Source: Candidatus Latescibacterota bacterium
Lineage (GTDB): Bacteria; Latescibacterota; UBA2968
Direction: 5' to 3'
NCBI GenBank assembly: GCA_965222605.1
Contig: OZ244960.1
Span: 1,440,001-1,504,000, forward strand
Length of the DNA stretch: 64,000 nt
Positions 1 to 9,136 of the stretch are shown here, one piece after another (position 1 is the stretch's first letter; each line of letters starts with the position of its first letter). The notes under the pieces were generated by a model. The model saw only the letters and a list, made by a program, of their open reading frames with translations, searched no databases and was not told where the DNA came from. The position numbers and the translations under genes are program-made.

Positions 1-1295
1 TTCGCCTGATTCAAGTTGTCGCTGATCAGGTCTATGAGAACCCGCAGGACATCATCATATCTACCACAGATCAGCAGATTACTTTTGAGTACAAGGGCAT
101 GAGCTTTTCCACCCATCCCCGCGACATGCTCTATGTCTATCGCCTGAAGGGATATGACTCTGACTGGCAATCAGCGACCCGAAAGATGCGGGCGCATTAC
201 CGGGACTTGCCATTGGGAGCCTACACCTTTCAGGTCAGGGCTATAGATCGCGACCTCAATTACTCAGAGAAAGCGAAGGTGCAACTCTGGGTAGAGCCGG
301 ACCCGCGTATCGAAGCATTGACGGACGTAATCAACCGTCGAGGAAGCCAAAAGTTTATCGGGCATAGCCCTGCTCTGCACCAGTTTCAAACCAAACTCAG
401 GGAGGTAGCATCCACTGATATAACCGTGCTGATTCTGGGTAAGACAGGGGTGGGCAAGGGGTTGGCTGCTCGGGCGCTACACGCGCTGAGTGCCCGTAGC
501 GATGGACCTTTTATAGAGGTTAGTTGCGGAGCATTGCCCGGGACGTTAATCGATAGCGAACTGTTTGGTCACGAGGAAGGGGCTTTTTCCGGTGCAGTTT
601 CCCGCAAACTAGGCAGGGTGGAACTGGCGAAGGGCGGTACGCTCTTTTTGGATGAGATCGGCGATATGGCACTGGACACGCAGATCAAGCTGTTGCGCTT
701 GCTGGAAGAAGGCACGTTTGAGCGGCTTGGGAGCAGCGAGACGCTGAGGGTGCAGGCGCGTATTGTGGCCGCGACGAATCGCAATCTTGAGGAGGGGGTC
801 AGCACGGGTGCTTTCCGGGAGGATCTGTATTACCGCCTCAATGCCTTTCCGATGTATTTGCCGTCGCTGCGCGAACGGAAGGAGGATATCCCTGAGTTGG
901 CCGAGTTTTTCAAGCATCGCATGGCGACACATCTGAACAAGCAAATAGATCCTTTGACGATAGAGGTGATAGAAGCGCTGCAAGCCTGCGATTGGCCAGG
1001 CAATGTGCGAGAACTGGAGCATAGGATAAACCAAGCAGTGATCGTGTGTCAGGGTTCTCGAATTGAAGTTGGGGACATCGGCCTGATAAACAGCAGCGCT
1101 CCTGTTTCTCCAGACAGCGAAATCGTGCCAATGGCTGAATTTGAACGCCTCTATATCCTGAAAGTGCTCAAAGCGACCAACTGGAAAATAAAGGGCATCG
1201 GAGGAGCAGCAGCATTGCTGGGACTAAACCCTGGGACGCTGTATGGGAAAATGAGAAAACTGGGTATCAAACGCCCGGATAAAGAACATATATGA
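1..1295 (+). CDS. sigma54-dependent transcriptional activator with Y_Y_Y domain (5'-truncated by window edge)
   Basis: Frame is open from base 3. Y_Y_Y-like segment ([12 protein letters not shown]...[17 protein letters not shown]), Walker [14 protein letters not shown] loop, Walker [17 protein letters not shown]-terminal Fis-type HTH. Confidence 0.93.
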   Translation, partial: RLIQVVADQVYENPQDIIISTTDQQITFEYKGMSFSTHPRDMLYVYRLKGYDSDWQSATRKMRAHYRDLPLGAYTFQVRAIDRDLNYSEKAKVQLWVEPDPRIEALTDVINRRGSQKFIGHSPALHQFQTKLREVASTDITVLILGKTGVGKGLAARALHALSARSDGPFIEVSCGALPGTLIDSELFGHEEGAFSGAVSRKLGRVELAKGGTLFLDEIGDMALDTQIKLLRLLEEGTFERLGSSETLRVQARIVAATNRNLEEGVSTGAFREDLYYRLNAFPMYLPSLRERKEDIPELAEFFKHRMATHLNKQIDPLTIEVIEALQACDWPGNVRELEHRINQAVIVCQGSRIEVGDIGLINSSAPVSPDSEIVPMAEFERLYILKVLKATNWKIKGIGGAAALLGLNPGTLYGKMRKLGIKRPDKEHI

Positions 1296-1388
1296 TCTTT
1301 TAGGACCATATATGTTCTTTTATTATTAAAGTACTATTATTAAAATACTTAAGAGTCAGACTGATTATTTTTGGGATCATATATATTC
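1284..1388. promoter_or_regulatory. three palindromic sites (GAnCATATATRnTC), candidate upstream activator sequences
   Basis: gaacatatatgatc 1284-1297, gaccatatatgttc 1304-1317, gatcatatatattc 1375-1388; 100-200 bp upstream of a sigma54 promoter in AT-rich DNA. Confidence 0.6.
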
Positions 1389-1486
1389 TCAAAAATAAAA
1401 AAATAAGTCTGGCTCTTTTTTTGATAATAATTCTATCCTGATTAAAAATAACATCTTACGAGTATGTGTTTGGATTCCACTCACAG

Positions 1487-1501
1487 TGGCACACTTTTTG
1501 C
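1487..1501 (+). promoter_or_regulatory. sigma54 (-24/-12) promoter
   Basis: TGGCAC-ACTTT-TTGC matches the TGGCAC-N5-TTGC consensus with GG-N10-GC spacing, next to a sigma54 activator gene. Confidence 0.85.
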
Positions 1502-1658
1502 GCTATATCTAAACCTTTAGTGCCATAAAGGAGAAGATTTAGACATCAAGCATTGATGGTTGCGTTTAACTGGGAGAGGAAGGCGTTATCCCGTTTTGGA
1601 TGCAGTTGCCGAATTCTGCTCCAATTCAACGAAACACAACTTACTCAAGGAGGCATCT

Positions 1659-2792
1659 ATGTGGAACCGTATGATCTTAACCATTTGTCTGGTGTTTGTG
1701 TTGACAGGTCCGGCATCGACTGGAGACATGACCCACATCCCGGACAGGGACTTCGATACGCTACGCGCCGCAGGAAACAGAAACCCCACAGGGATCTGGT
1801 CGGACGGGACAACCATGTGGGTGGTGGACAGGAGCGCTAAGATTTATGCCTACAACCTGAGGACCAGAGCACGTGACCGAGGCAGGGACTTCAATACGCT
1901 AAAAGACGCCAGAAACGAATCCCCTGGAGGGATCTGGTCAGACGGAACGACTATGTGGGTGGTGGATCATGCTGACGGTAGGATTTATGCCTACAACATG
2001 AGATCTAAAGCTCGTAACCGGGACAAGGACTTCGATCTCGCCGTAGAACACGACGTCCCTGAAGGAATCTGGTCGGATGGGACAACCATGTGGGTGAAAG
2101 AAAGCTCTTACCAATTCGATAAGATTTATGCCTACAACATGAGATCTAAAGCCCGTGATCCGAACAAGGACTTCAATACGCTAACAGACGCCGGAGAACA
2201 AAGCACTGACGGGATCTGGTCAGACGGAACGACCATGTTGGTAGCAGACGGATATCGGCATAAGATTTATGCCTACAACATGAGATCTAAAGCCCGCAAC
2301 AAGGGCCAGGACTTCGATCTTGCCGCAGGAAACACCTCCCCTACGGGTATCTGGTCAGACGGAACGACTCTGTGGGTAGCGGACTACGGGGGCTACATTT
2401 ATGCCTACGGCGGCCTGGGCGCCACCAGTGAGCAGGACATCCAGGACTTTTCAATAAAAATCAGAGGCTCGACGGGAAGCCTTAAAGTTTGCGTGCGAGA
2501 CCACGAGTGCGAAGATGGCGATAAGATCCGCGTTGAGGTAGATGGCAGGAGCATATTTTCCGGAGAAATTGACAACGACTGGGACTGCTACACGCTGGAT
2601 GTGTGGGCAGGAGAGAGCTATGCGGTAGAATTGACAGCCCTCAACGGTACGGGATACAAGGGAGACTGTAGCTACAGAGATGAAAACACGGGCGAAATCC
2701 GCGTTACCGGAGAGAATACAGAAACGCAGGTATGGCGTCATCGCGGTGGTGCCGGGTCGAAAGCGCGAATTATCGTTGAAACAGCCCGGTGA
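1659..2792 (+). CDS. exported protein with five GIWSDGTTMWV repeats (probable beta-propeller) and a Cys-containing C-terminal domain
   Basis: AGGAGG RBS before ATG 1659; signal-peptide-like N-terminus; five ~46-aa repeats. Confidence 0.85.
   Translation: MWNRMILTICLVFVLTGPASTGDMTHIPDRDFDTLRAAGNRNPTGIWSDGTTMWVVDRSAKIYAYNLRTRARDRGRDFNTLKDARNESPGGIWSDGTTMWVVDHADGRIYAYNMRSKARNRDKDFDLAVEHDVPEGIWSDGTTMWVKESSYQFDKIYAYNMRSKARDPNKDFNTLTDAGEQSTDGIWSDGTTMLVADGYRHKIYAYNMRSKARNKGQDFDLAAGNTSPTGIWSDGTTLWVADYGGYIYAYGGLGATSEQDIQDFSIKIRGSTGSLKVCVRDHECEDGDKIRVEVDGRSIFSGEIDNDWDCYTLDVWAGESYAVELTALNGTGYKGDCSYRDENTGEIRVTGENTETQVWRHRGGAGSKARIIVETAR
1741..2410 (+). repeat. intragenic tandem repeat, 5 units of about 135-147 bp
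   Basis: atctggtc(a/g)ga(c/t)gg near 1794, 1932, 2068, 2214 and 2349, each followed by atttatgcctac. Confidence 0.9.
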
Positions 2793-2825
2793 TAGCAGAC
2801 AAAAATTGATGAGAGGAGAGACAAG

Positions 2826-3647
2826 ATGTATCGTCACTGTATTTGTATATGTGTATTAATTCTTCTGAGCCTACCCCTTTGGTCTCAACAGGACACCGGG
2901 AATAGTGCGCCTTCACCAGGAGAGACTTTTCAAGACTGTGATGAATGTCCCGAGATGGTTGTCGTGCCATCGGGAATTTTCACGATGGGATCACCCGCGC
3001 GTGAGGGAGGTGATGATGATGAAAGACCGATGCGCAGGGTGCGTATAGATTACCAGTTTGCGGTGGGTGTATATGAAGTGACATTTGACGAATGGTATGC
3101 CTGTATAGATACAGGAGGTTGTGGAAGCTACGTTCCGGATGATGAGGGCTGGGGCCGCGGGAATCGTCCTGTGATCAATGTGAGTTGGGACGATGCCCAG
3201 TCTTATGTGCGCTGGTTGTCTGACAGGACGGGTAAAACGTATCGTTTATTGAGTGAATCGGAATGGGAGTATGTGGCACGCGCGGGCACAGAGACAGCAT
3301 ATAGCTGGGGTGATAGCATCGGTGTGAACCGTGCCAATTGCGATGGATGCGGCAGTCAGTGGGATAATGAGAAGACAGCACCAGTGGGATCATTCGCTGC
3401 CAATGGTTGGGGCGTTCACGATATGCACGGCAACGTAGAGGAATGGGTGCAAGATTGTAGGAACGAAAATTACGAGGACGCACCTACTGATGGAAGTGCG
3501 CGGGAGTCTGAGGAGGGATGCTGGCGTGTGCAGCGTGGTGGTTCGTGGCCCCGCGAACCGAGGGGCTTGCGTTCGGCGTATCGCGACGATAGTCCTCCCT
3601 ACTTTCGGTACAGCTTCTACGGTTTTCGAGTTGCCCGGTCTTTTTAG
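2826..3647 (+). CDS. FGE-sulfatase (SUMF1-like, C-type lectin fold) domain protein, exported
   Basis: CPEMVVVPSG.F.MGS, RPVINVSW, YRLLSESEWEY.AR, DMHGNV.EW, RGGSW...GFRVAR; the FGE catalytic Cys pair is absent. Confidence 0.92.
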   Translation: MYRHCICICVLILLSLPLWSQQDTGNSAPSPGETFQDCDECPEMVVVPSGIFTMGSPAREGGDDDERPMRRVRIDYQFAVGVYEVTFDEWYACIDTGGCGSYVPDDEGWGRGNRPVINVSWDDAQSYVRWLSDRTGKTYRLLSESEWEYVARAGTETAYSWGDSIGVNRANCDGCGSQWDNEKTAPVGSFAANGWGVHDMHGNVEEWVQDCRNENYEDAPTDGSARESEEGCWRVQRGGSWPREPRGLRSAYRDDSPPYFRYSFYGFRVARSF

Positions 3648-3683
3648 CTCCTGATTCTTTACAGAAACACCAACGAAAGGAAG

Positions 3684-4865
3684 GTGTGTCATGCAGAGCA
3701 TAATCAAAGGCATTCTTTTTCAGTCTTATTGGGATTTTTCACGGTTGCAGTAGCCGAACAACTGTCGCCAGAAGACCTGATAGATAAATACATGATTAAG
3801 GCAGAACTGTTACGTGACGCAGGAAAACACAAGGAAGCCCTTAAAGTGATGAAGGACTCGGTCCTCACGCTGACAAAAGAGGACAGCCTTAAATTTAAAT
3901 TGCCAGACGATTTTCACTTCAAGTATGCCCTTGTCGCCCTATCAGTAGATTCATTCGATGTCGCTAAAGATTCAGCAAAGAAGTATATAAAAGCGAAAAA
4001 AGAGGAAAAGGGACAGTTCTACTATGATGCACTGAGGTTGTTGGTTGAGGCTGAAAAGCAAGAGAAGATCACGCCTGTGAGCTTTTCTGACAGGTTTAGG
4101 GCAGATAAACATTTGGTTTTGGCAGAGCAGTTATATGCCGCAGAATACTATGTGGAGGCTTTCAGCGTGATGAGGGACTCGATATGGCAAAAAAGGGACA
4201 ACCTTACACTTATATCGCCAGACGAATTTCCCTTCAAGTATGCAGAGATGGCCCTAGCAGCAGATTCCATCAAGGTCGCGCTTGAGACACTGGAAGAATA
4301 TCTATCAAAAAAGGAAAAGGGACAGTTCTACGAGGACGCGCTGGTGCTGTTGGTCGAGATCGAAAGGCAAGAGAATATCGTGCCTGTGGGTTTTCTTGAC
4401 AGGCTTATGAGCCCTCTTGTCTGGTTTAAGGGTCTTCTTTATTGGTCTATGGATATTGTTACAAGGTTTTATGTTGAGGCTCTTGGTTTTATTATTTGCG
4501 TTGCTCCATTTGCTCTACTTTTAATATGGGGCATTGGTAGGATACCACTTGAATACAAAAAATACAAAAAAACTATTTCTTCTATACTTTCAATCGTAGC
4601 AGGGGGCGGCCTTCTTCTTTCCTTCAATTATTATACAGTCTATTCTTCTACCAATAACGTATTCAAGGAGCACACAACGAATCGTTACATACAACAAATG
4701 GACTCGCCGGCACTCAAAGAAATGCAGAAAACTATTGTGGACTCAATGCAAGTAAGAGAGAGGCGTCTTGATAGTAAAATAAAAAACCTGCAAAATTCGG
4801 TACGCGATCATTCAGATAGACACCTTCGCCTTATAAAGGCGGAAATCGCAAAACCTGGCCGCTAA
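3684..4865 (+). CDS. membrane protein with two copies of a helical (TPR-like) domain and C-terminal TM helices; start probably ATG 3691 with a 1-nt frameshift
   Basis: Duplicated PD(D/E)F(H/P)FKYA...KGQFY.DAL.LLVE unit, also found at the N-terminus of 4902..5957; two hydrophobic segments. Confidence 0.75.
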   Translation: MCHAEHNQRHSFSVLLGFFTVAVAEQLSPEDLIDKYMIKAELLRDAGKHKEALKVMKDSVLTLTKEDSLKFKLPDDFHFKYALVALSVDSFDVAKDSAKKYIKAKKEEKGQFYYDALRLLVEAEKQEKITPVSFSDRFRADKHLVLAEQLYAAEYYVEAFSVMRDSIWQKRDNLTLISPDEFPFKYAEMALAADSIKVALETLEEYLSKKEKGQFYEDALVLLVEIERQENIVPVGFLDRLMSPLVWFKGLLYWSMDIVTRFYVEALGFIICVAPFALLLIWGIGRIPLEYKKYKKTISSILSIVAGGGLLLSFNYYTVYSSTNNVFKEHTTNRYIQQMDSPALKEMQKTIVDSMQVRERRLDSKIKNLQNSVRDHSDRHLRLIKAEIAKPGR

Positions 4866-4901
4866 CCAAACAAGCAGTGACCTGGTAAAAGGAGACACAC
4901 C

Positions 4902-5957
4902 ATGCGAATGCTTATTGCTTTTTTCATTGTGGCCTTATTGGGATTCTTCACAGTTTCAGCAACCGAACTACCCCCGGAAATCGTGGCTGATAAATTTCAG
5001 CAGCGGGCAGATCAGCTTATAGACAAAGGAAACTATGAGAGTGCATTCAAAGTGATGAATCATATTATCACATTGCAAAAGGAACACAATCTCACCTTGC
5101 CAGAAGAATACCATTTCAAGTATGCCCAGGTTGCTTTGAAAGCAGACTCGCTTCCGACCGCGCTTGACGCGGTAAAGAAGTATCTATCGGCAACGGGGAA
5201 AGAGGGACAGTTTTACAAGGAGGCGTTGGCGTTGTTGAATGAAGCGGAACAGATGCTACCGCCTGTGCATGAGATGGTGGTGATACCTGCGGGTAGTTTT
5301 AAGATGGGCTGCTTGTCGGGTATAGGCTGCTCGAGCTATCAGGTGCCTGTGCATGAAGTGAGGGTAGAATCGTTCGAAATGTCGAAGTATGAGGTGACGT
5401 TTGAGGAATACGATGCCTTCACAGACGCGACGGGACGCGAGCGGGCAGACGATAATGGTTGGGGACGAGGTCGGCGTCCCGTGACCGAAGTTTCGTGGCG
5501 TGATGCGGTAGCCTATGCGCGTTGGCTATCGTCTCAGACAGGAAAGCGCTATCGTTTGCCGACCGAGGCGGAGTGGGAGTATGCTGCGCGTGCAGGGACA
5601 ACAACGGCGTATAGCTGGGGGGATAGTCCTGGATTCGACCGCGCCAATTGTGAAGTCTGTGGCAGTCAGTGGGATGATGAGCAGACAGCGCCAGTGGGCT
5701 CATTCGAGGCCAATGGCTGGGGCCTTCACAACATGCACGGCAACGCGCAGGAATGGGTGCTCGATTGTTGGAATGACAATTACGAGGATGCACCGACAGA
5801 TGGTTCTGCATGGACGCTTGGAGACTGCTCTAAGCGCGTGGTGCGTGGTGGTTCTTTTAACTTCTCTCCGAGGATCTTGCGTTCGGCGTATCGCTACAAG
5901 TGGTCCATCAATGTCGGTTGGAGCTGGCTCGGTTTTCGAGTTGTCCGGTCTTTTTAG
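4902..5957 (+). CDS. exported helical-domain + FGE-sulfatase (SUMF1-like) protein
   Basis: AAGGAG RBS, signal peptide, YRLPTEAEWEYAAR, RGGSF...GFRVVR. Confidence 0.92.
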   Translation: MRMLIAFFIVALLGFFTVSATELPPEIVADKFQQRADQLIDKGNYESAFKVMNHIITLQKEHNLTLPEEYHFKYAQVALKADSLPTALDAVKKYLSATGKEGQFYKEALALLNEAEQMLPPVHEMVVIPAGSFKMGCLSGIGCSSYQVPVHEVRVESFEMSKYEVTFEEYDAFTDATGRERADDNGWGRGRRPVTEVSWRDAVAYARWLSSQTGKRYRLPTEAEWEYAARAGTTTAYSWGDSPGFDRANCEVCGSQWDDEQTAPVGSFEANGWGLHNMHGNAQEWVLDCWNDNYEDAPTDGSAWTLGDCSKRVVRGGSFNFSPRILRSAYRYKWSINVGWSWLGFRVVRSF

Positions 5958-5972
5958 CTCTTGAAAATCGCC

Positions 5973-6056
5973 TTACGCATCTAACAGATGCTGAAATGCT
6001 TCAAGGCTGGCCACCTGAATCGCCGCGCGGTGCAACTGCTTGAGGCGATGCAGATC
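5973..6056 (-). pseudogene. remnant of an Rpn/DUF4351-like C-terminal tail (copy 1)
   Basis: Reads DLHRLKQLHRAAIQVASLEAFQHLLDA*, near-identical to the 3' ends of the ORFs ending at 6950 and 9137; no start codon. Confidence 0.75.
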
Positions 6057-6075
6057 CAGGATACGACATCCTATA

Positions 6076-6558
6076 TTAAACCGTTTCGCCCACCGCCTGT
6101 GCAGCCCTTTGGATGACGCGGTCTCCAATATAATAACCATTCTTTTTCATATTTCTCAGAAGGGGAACCACTTCCCGAATCAACTGTTTTCTTTTTGCCT
6201 GAACAAGAACACCCGCTGAGCCAATAATTTCCAAATTCAGGTCTTCTGCTACCCTTCTCGCCCGGTGATCATCCAATAACAAACGCGAATTGGGCAATTG
6301 CCTGGCCAATTGAATCGCTTCGATTTCTCCAGACCCCAGTGCAATGGAAATCAATTCTGATGTTTGTTCCAATGTCCAGTGTTCAAGCCATGAAACGCGA
6401 TCTAAAAAGTTAAGGCCAGAGGCTTTTTGGCCTCCGGCCAGAATTTCATCTATTACAGCGGATGGTGCAATAACGCGAGAATACAATCTGGGCAATAAGT
6501 TGAGTCGGTTCACGCCCGCCAATGCAATGAGTGGACTGGAATCTGCGATCAGAAACAC
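6076..6558 (-). CDS. PIN-like toxin, DUF3368 family
   Basis: ADSSPLIAL, GEIEAI, LLLDD.RARR.A, IGSAGVL; GTG start immediately after the antitoxin stop. Confidence 0.88.
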   Translation of the reverse strand: MFLIADSSPLIALAGVNRLNLLPRLYSRVIAPSAVIDEILAGGQKASGLNFLDRVSWLEHWTLEQTSELISIALGSGEIEAIQLARQLPNSRLLLDDHRARRVAEDLNLEIIGSAGVLVQAKRKQLIREVVPLLRNMKKNGYYIGDRVIQRAAQAVGETV

Positions 6559-6559
6559 G

Positions 6560-6811
6560 TCATTTATAACCAAATTCTGTGTCGAGTTGATCATCATCCA
6601 GATCAACAACAGGGATGTTCAATGCACTGACCTTTGCGAGAAACTCGGGCTTGCTTAAACCGGATAGCTCCGCGGCTTTTCCAGCAGAAACCCGGCGGAG
6701 TTCAAAGAATTTCAAAGCCAATAGAAAGCGCGCTTCTCGTTCAAATACTTCGGGTTCTTGCCCGGTGATCAAGAGCAGGTCTTCAGAATATGGTATATTC
6801 AATGTTTTCAT
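6560..6811 (-). CDS. UPF0175-family antitoxin
   Basis: LALKFFE.RRVSAGKAAELSGLS..EF pattern; directly upstream of DUF3368 gene. Confidence 0.88.
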   Translation of the reverse strand: MKTLNIPYSEDLLLITGQEPEVFEREARFLLALKFFELRRVSAGKAAELSGLSKPEFLAKVSALNIPVVDLDDDQLDTEFGYK

Positions 6812-6878
6812 ATTTTACCCTGTCAGATCGGACATAAGACTAAAAAACATTTAGTTACTCGAAAATGGCAATATCCCA

Positions 6879-6907
6879 ATTATATCAAAAAGGCCCTGTA
6901 TTATCAA
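6879..6907 (-). promoter_or_regulatory. sigma70 promoter of the TA pair
   Basis: TTGATA-17 bp-TATAAT with extended -10 TG. Confidence 0.75.
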
Positions 6908-6949
6908 GGGCTTCTTGTTCGGCACCAACTCCCCTTTCTGGAAATCGCG

Positions 6950-7468
6950 TCATTCATCTAACAGATGCTGAAATGCCTCAAGACTGGCCACCTGAATCGC
7001 CGCGCGGTGCAACTGCTTGAGGCGTTGTAGATCGTCAATAGCGGCAATGCGAGCAGATAGGGGATCTGTCTTGAGGAGATCAAATCGAATCTCCAGCACG
7101 TCGAGAATACTTTCCCGGAGTCCTTGCTCTATGCCTTGTTCAATTCCTTTTCTTTGCCCATCCTGGAAGCGTTTTTCAAGATATCTTTCAGTCTCAGCAC
7201 GGATTTTTTGAACTGGGACGATCATGAGATTTACCCCCTCTATAATGAAGAATGCTAAAGTGATAGCAGAGAGACCTATGGATCCTATAATACTGATTAC
7301 CGTAATAATTGCATCGTAATCAGGTTTAGTAATTTTGTACCAATTGTACCAAAGGACCAGTGCCAGAGAAGAGACAAAGAACAGTACTGCTAAAGCTATC
7401 AGCCATGTTCTTTCTGTATCTCCGGTGCTCCAAATCGACACCCTTTCTTCGTCTGTTTTCTCCGCCAT
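6950..7468 (-). CDS. two-TM membrane protein fused to an Rpn/DUF4351-like tail (copy 2)
   Basis: Two hydrophobic helices, then GIEQGIEQG...LEIRF...LKQLHRAAIQ; start could be GTG 7486. Confidence 0.75.
   Translation of the reverse strand: MAEKTDEERVSIWSTGDTERTWLIALAVLFFVSSLALVLWYNWYKITKPDYDAIITVISIIGSIGLSAITLAFFIIEGVNLMIVPVQKIRAETERYLEKRFQDGQRKGIEQGIEQGLRESILDVLEIRFDLLKTDPLSARIAAIDDLQRLKQLHRAAIQVASLEAFQHLLDE
7146..7386. repeat. 241-bp direct repeat, copy A (copy B at 9550-9790)
   Basis: Near-identical by eye, about four substitutions. Confidence 0.92.
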
Positions 7469-7508
7469 TCTGTTGTGCCTTTTCACTTCGATATACTTCC
7501 CTAATATA

Positions 7509-7537
7509 AGTATAGAGAAAATAGATTTCTAATGCAA
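7509..7537 (-). promoter_or_regulatory. sigma70 promoter candidate
   Basis: TTGCAT-17 bp-TATACT upstream of the ORF starting at 7468. Confidence 0.6.
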
Positions 7538-8150
7538 TTTCGGCCTGGGTATGGTTTCAATGTCTGCCATAAGAGATGACTCAGGTCTGAGAGTTGGTCG
7601 TACTCTGGACGAACGCAACAGTCAGAACCCAAGCAAATATCAGGCCAAAAATGCAAACATCACAAAATTGCGCGATAAAAAGGCTCGAAAGAAGTTCAGG
7701 CACCTTTATTATGCTGTACTGTGCTCTTGTTCACAACTTGAATTTAAAAATCGCCTGTTGAAGCGGGGCTCAAGCATTGGCGGCAAAAGTGTATATTTTG
7801 AGCAATAAATGAGCGGTATGGTGAAAGAATTGTCCCTTGAGTCAGGAAGAAAAGTGCCAGGGCGCGATTGAGATGACAGGCAAAACCTGTGAGATAATAT
7901 CAGAAAATATTTACAGACGCTATATTGCTCCGTGTATTCAATTTCCTTATATTGATTTGACTCAGGCAAGTTATTGCCCAATTCCGCTGATTGGACGATG
8001 GATAAAACGGCTATTGAGGAAAACCTGTGAACACCACGATTCATACGATAGAATATTTCGTTCGCATTCGGGGCGATAATTCTGAGTGGCCTGATGTGCC
8101 GCGTGATATGAACTCGCACTCAAGAAGGTAAATTAGAGAAAGGTTGTGAC

Positions 8151-8378
8151 GTGAAAAATCAAGAAATTACAATTTGCGTAACGCCAGAGGCTGCTCGTGT
8201 TTATCAGTCTGCATCAGTACAAGATCGGCAAAAATTAAATGTTTTGTTAAGTCTGCAATTGAGTGGTTTGAGAAAACCGGCACGTCCAATTGAAGATATT
8301 ATGCGCGAAGCCAGTGAAGAAGCGCGAAAAAATGGTTTGACGCCTGAAATATTGAAAGAACTGCTTAATGAGAAATAA
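8151..8378 (+). CDS. putative antitoxin
   Basis: 75-aa ORF ending EEARKNGLTPEILKELL, overlapping a PIN toxin gene. Confidence 0.75.
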   Translation: MKNQEITICVTPEAARVYQSASVQDRQKLNVLLSLQLSGLRKPARPIEDIMREASEEARKNGLTPEILKELLNEK

Positions 8379-8790
8379 ATCGCGCTATGTATTCGATACG
8401 AATGTCATTGTTAGTGCTCTTCTTTTTGCCCAATCAACATCTGGTCGTTCATTAAAAATTGCGCTGAATCAAGGTGCGTTACTTCTTTCAGAGGCAGTCG
8501 CCGAAGAATTGGAAGAGGTGCTTCGAAGGGATCGTTTTGATCGCTATGTGAAAAGAGAAACACGCGAAGAATTTCTTCAATCACTCATTCAAAGCGCAAC
8601 ATTTATTGAAATAATAGCGCACATAGAGATTTGTCGAGACCCCAAAGACGACCAGTATTTGGAACTGGCAGTCAATGGTAAAGCGGACTGCATTATCAGC
8701 GGCGATGCAGATCTCATTGTTCTAAGTCCTTTTCGAGGAATTGACATACTGCCACCTCATGAATTTCTAATGACGCTCGGTCCCAAGTAG
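8368..8790 (+). CDS. PIN-domain toxin (PIN_3/VapC-like)
   Basis: VFDTNVIVSAL, CRDPKDD.YLELA, IISGDADL. Confidence 0.9.
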   Translation: MRNKSRYVFDTNVIVSALLFAQSTSGRSLKIALNQGALLLSEAVAEELEEVLRRDRFDRYVKRETREEFLQSLIQSATFIEIIAHIEICRDPKDDQYLELAVNGKADCIISGDADLIVLSPFRGIDILPPHEFLMTLGPK

Positions 8791-9080
8791 AGCACCTACC
8801 TCACATCTCCTGATATTGTGGGCGGGACTGCGGTCGTGATTCGTTTTTTTATCTCTGGTCATTCTGGGCCAATCATCCGTTGAGCGTATTTTGTCAAGCT
8901 ATTTTTCGTAGAATTAACGGACGAATCACAATGATGAAGTGCTGGCGCACTTGTACACCGCTCCACTGCCCATATCGCCTTGAGCGATATGCCCAATGCT
9001 AAAGCACCACACCATAAAACCAGAAGCCCTTCGCCATGCGACCCACACCTGAAGGATGTGGATTTTACGGGCTATTTGAT

Positions 9081-9119
9081 AAGAACGCCCCGGCATTTTT
9101 GATGCTGGGGCGTGTTCTT
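9081..9119. terminator. hairpin, probable intrinsic terminator
   Basis: acgccccggcat-ttttg-atgctggggcgt just downstream of the minus-strand stop at 9137. Confidence 0.55.
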
Positions 9120-9136
9120 TGTGTTGGGCAATTGCG

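Noticed and set aside
1553-1658. ORF-track starts at 1553/1560
   Set aside because: ATG 1659 has a strong RBS and begins a signal peptide.
1741-2410. Periodic repeats as a CRISPR array
   Set aside because: Units are about 140 bp, in frame within a protein, and no cas genes are present.
2826-5957. SUMF1-domain proteins as true formylglycine-generating enzymes for the sulfatase
   Set aside because: The catalytic Cys pair after RGGS is missing and both have export signals.
6058-6068. 11-bp match gtcgtatcctg shared with 45065-45075 as a recombination site
   Set aside because: Matches this short are expected by chance in 64 kb.
7551-8119. ORFs 7551..7808, 7709..8119, 7837..8079, or a DGR template/ncRNA in this gap
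   Set aside because: No recognisable motifs, no similarity to the lectin 3' ends, no convincing fold; left unannotated.
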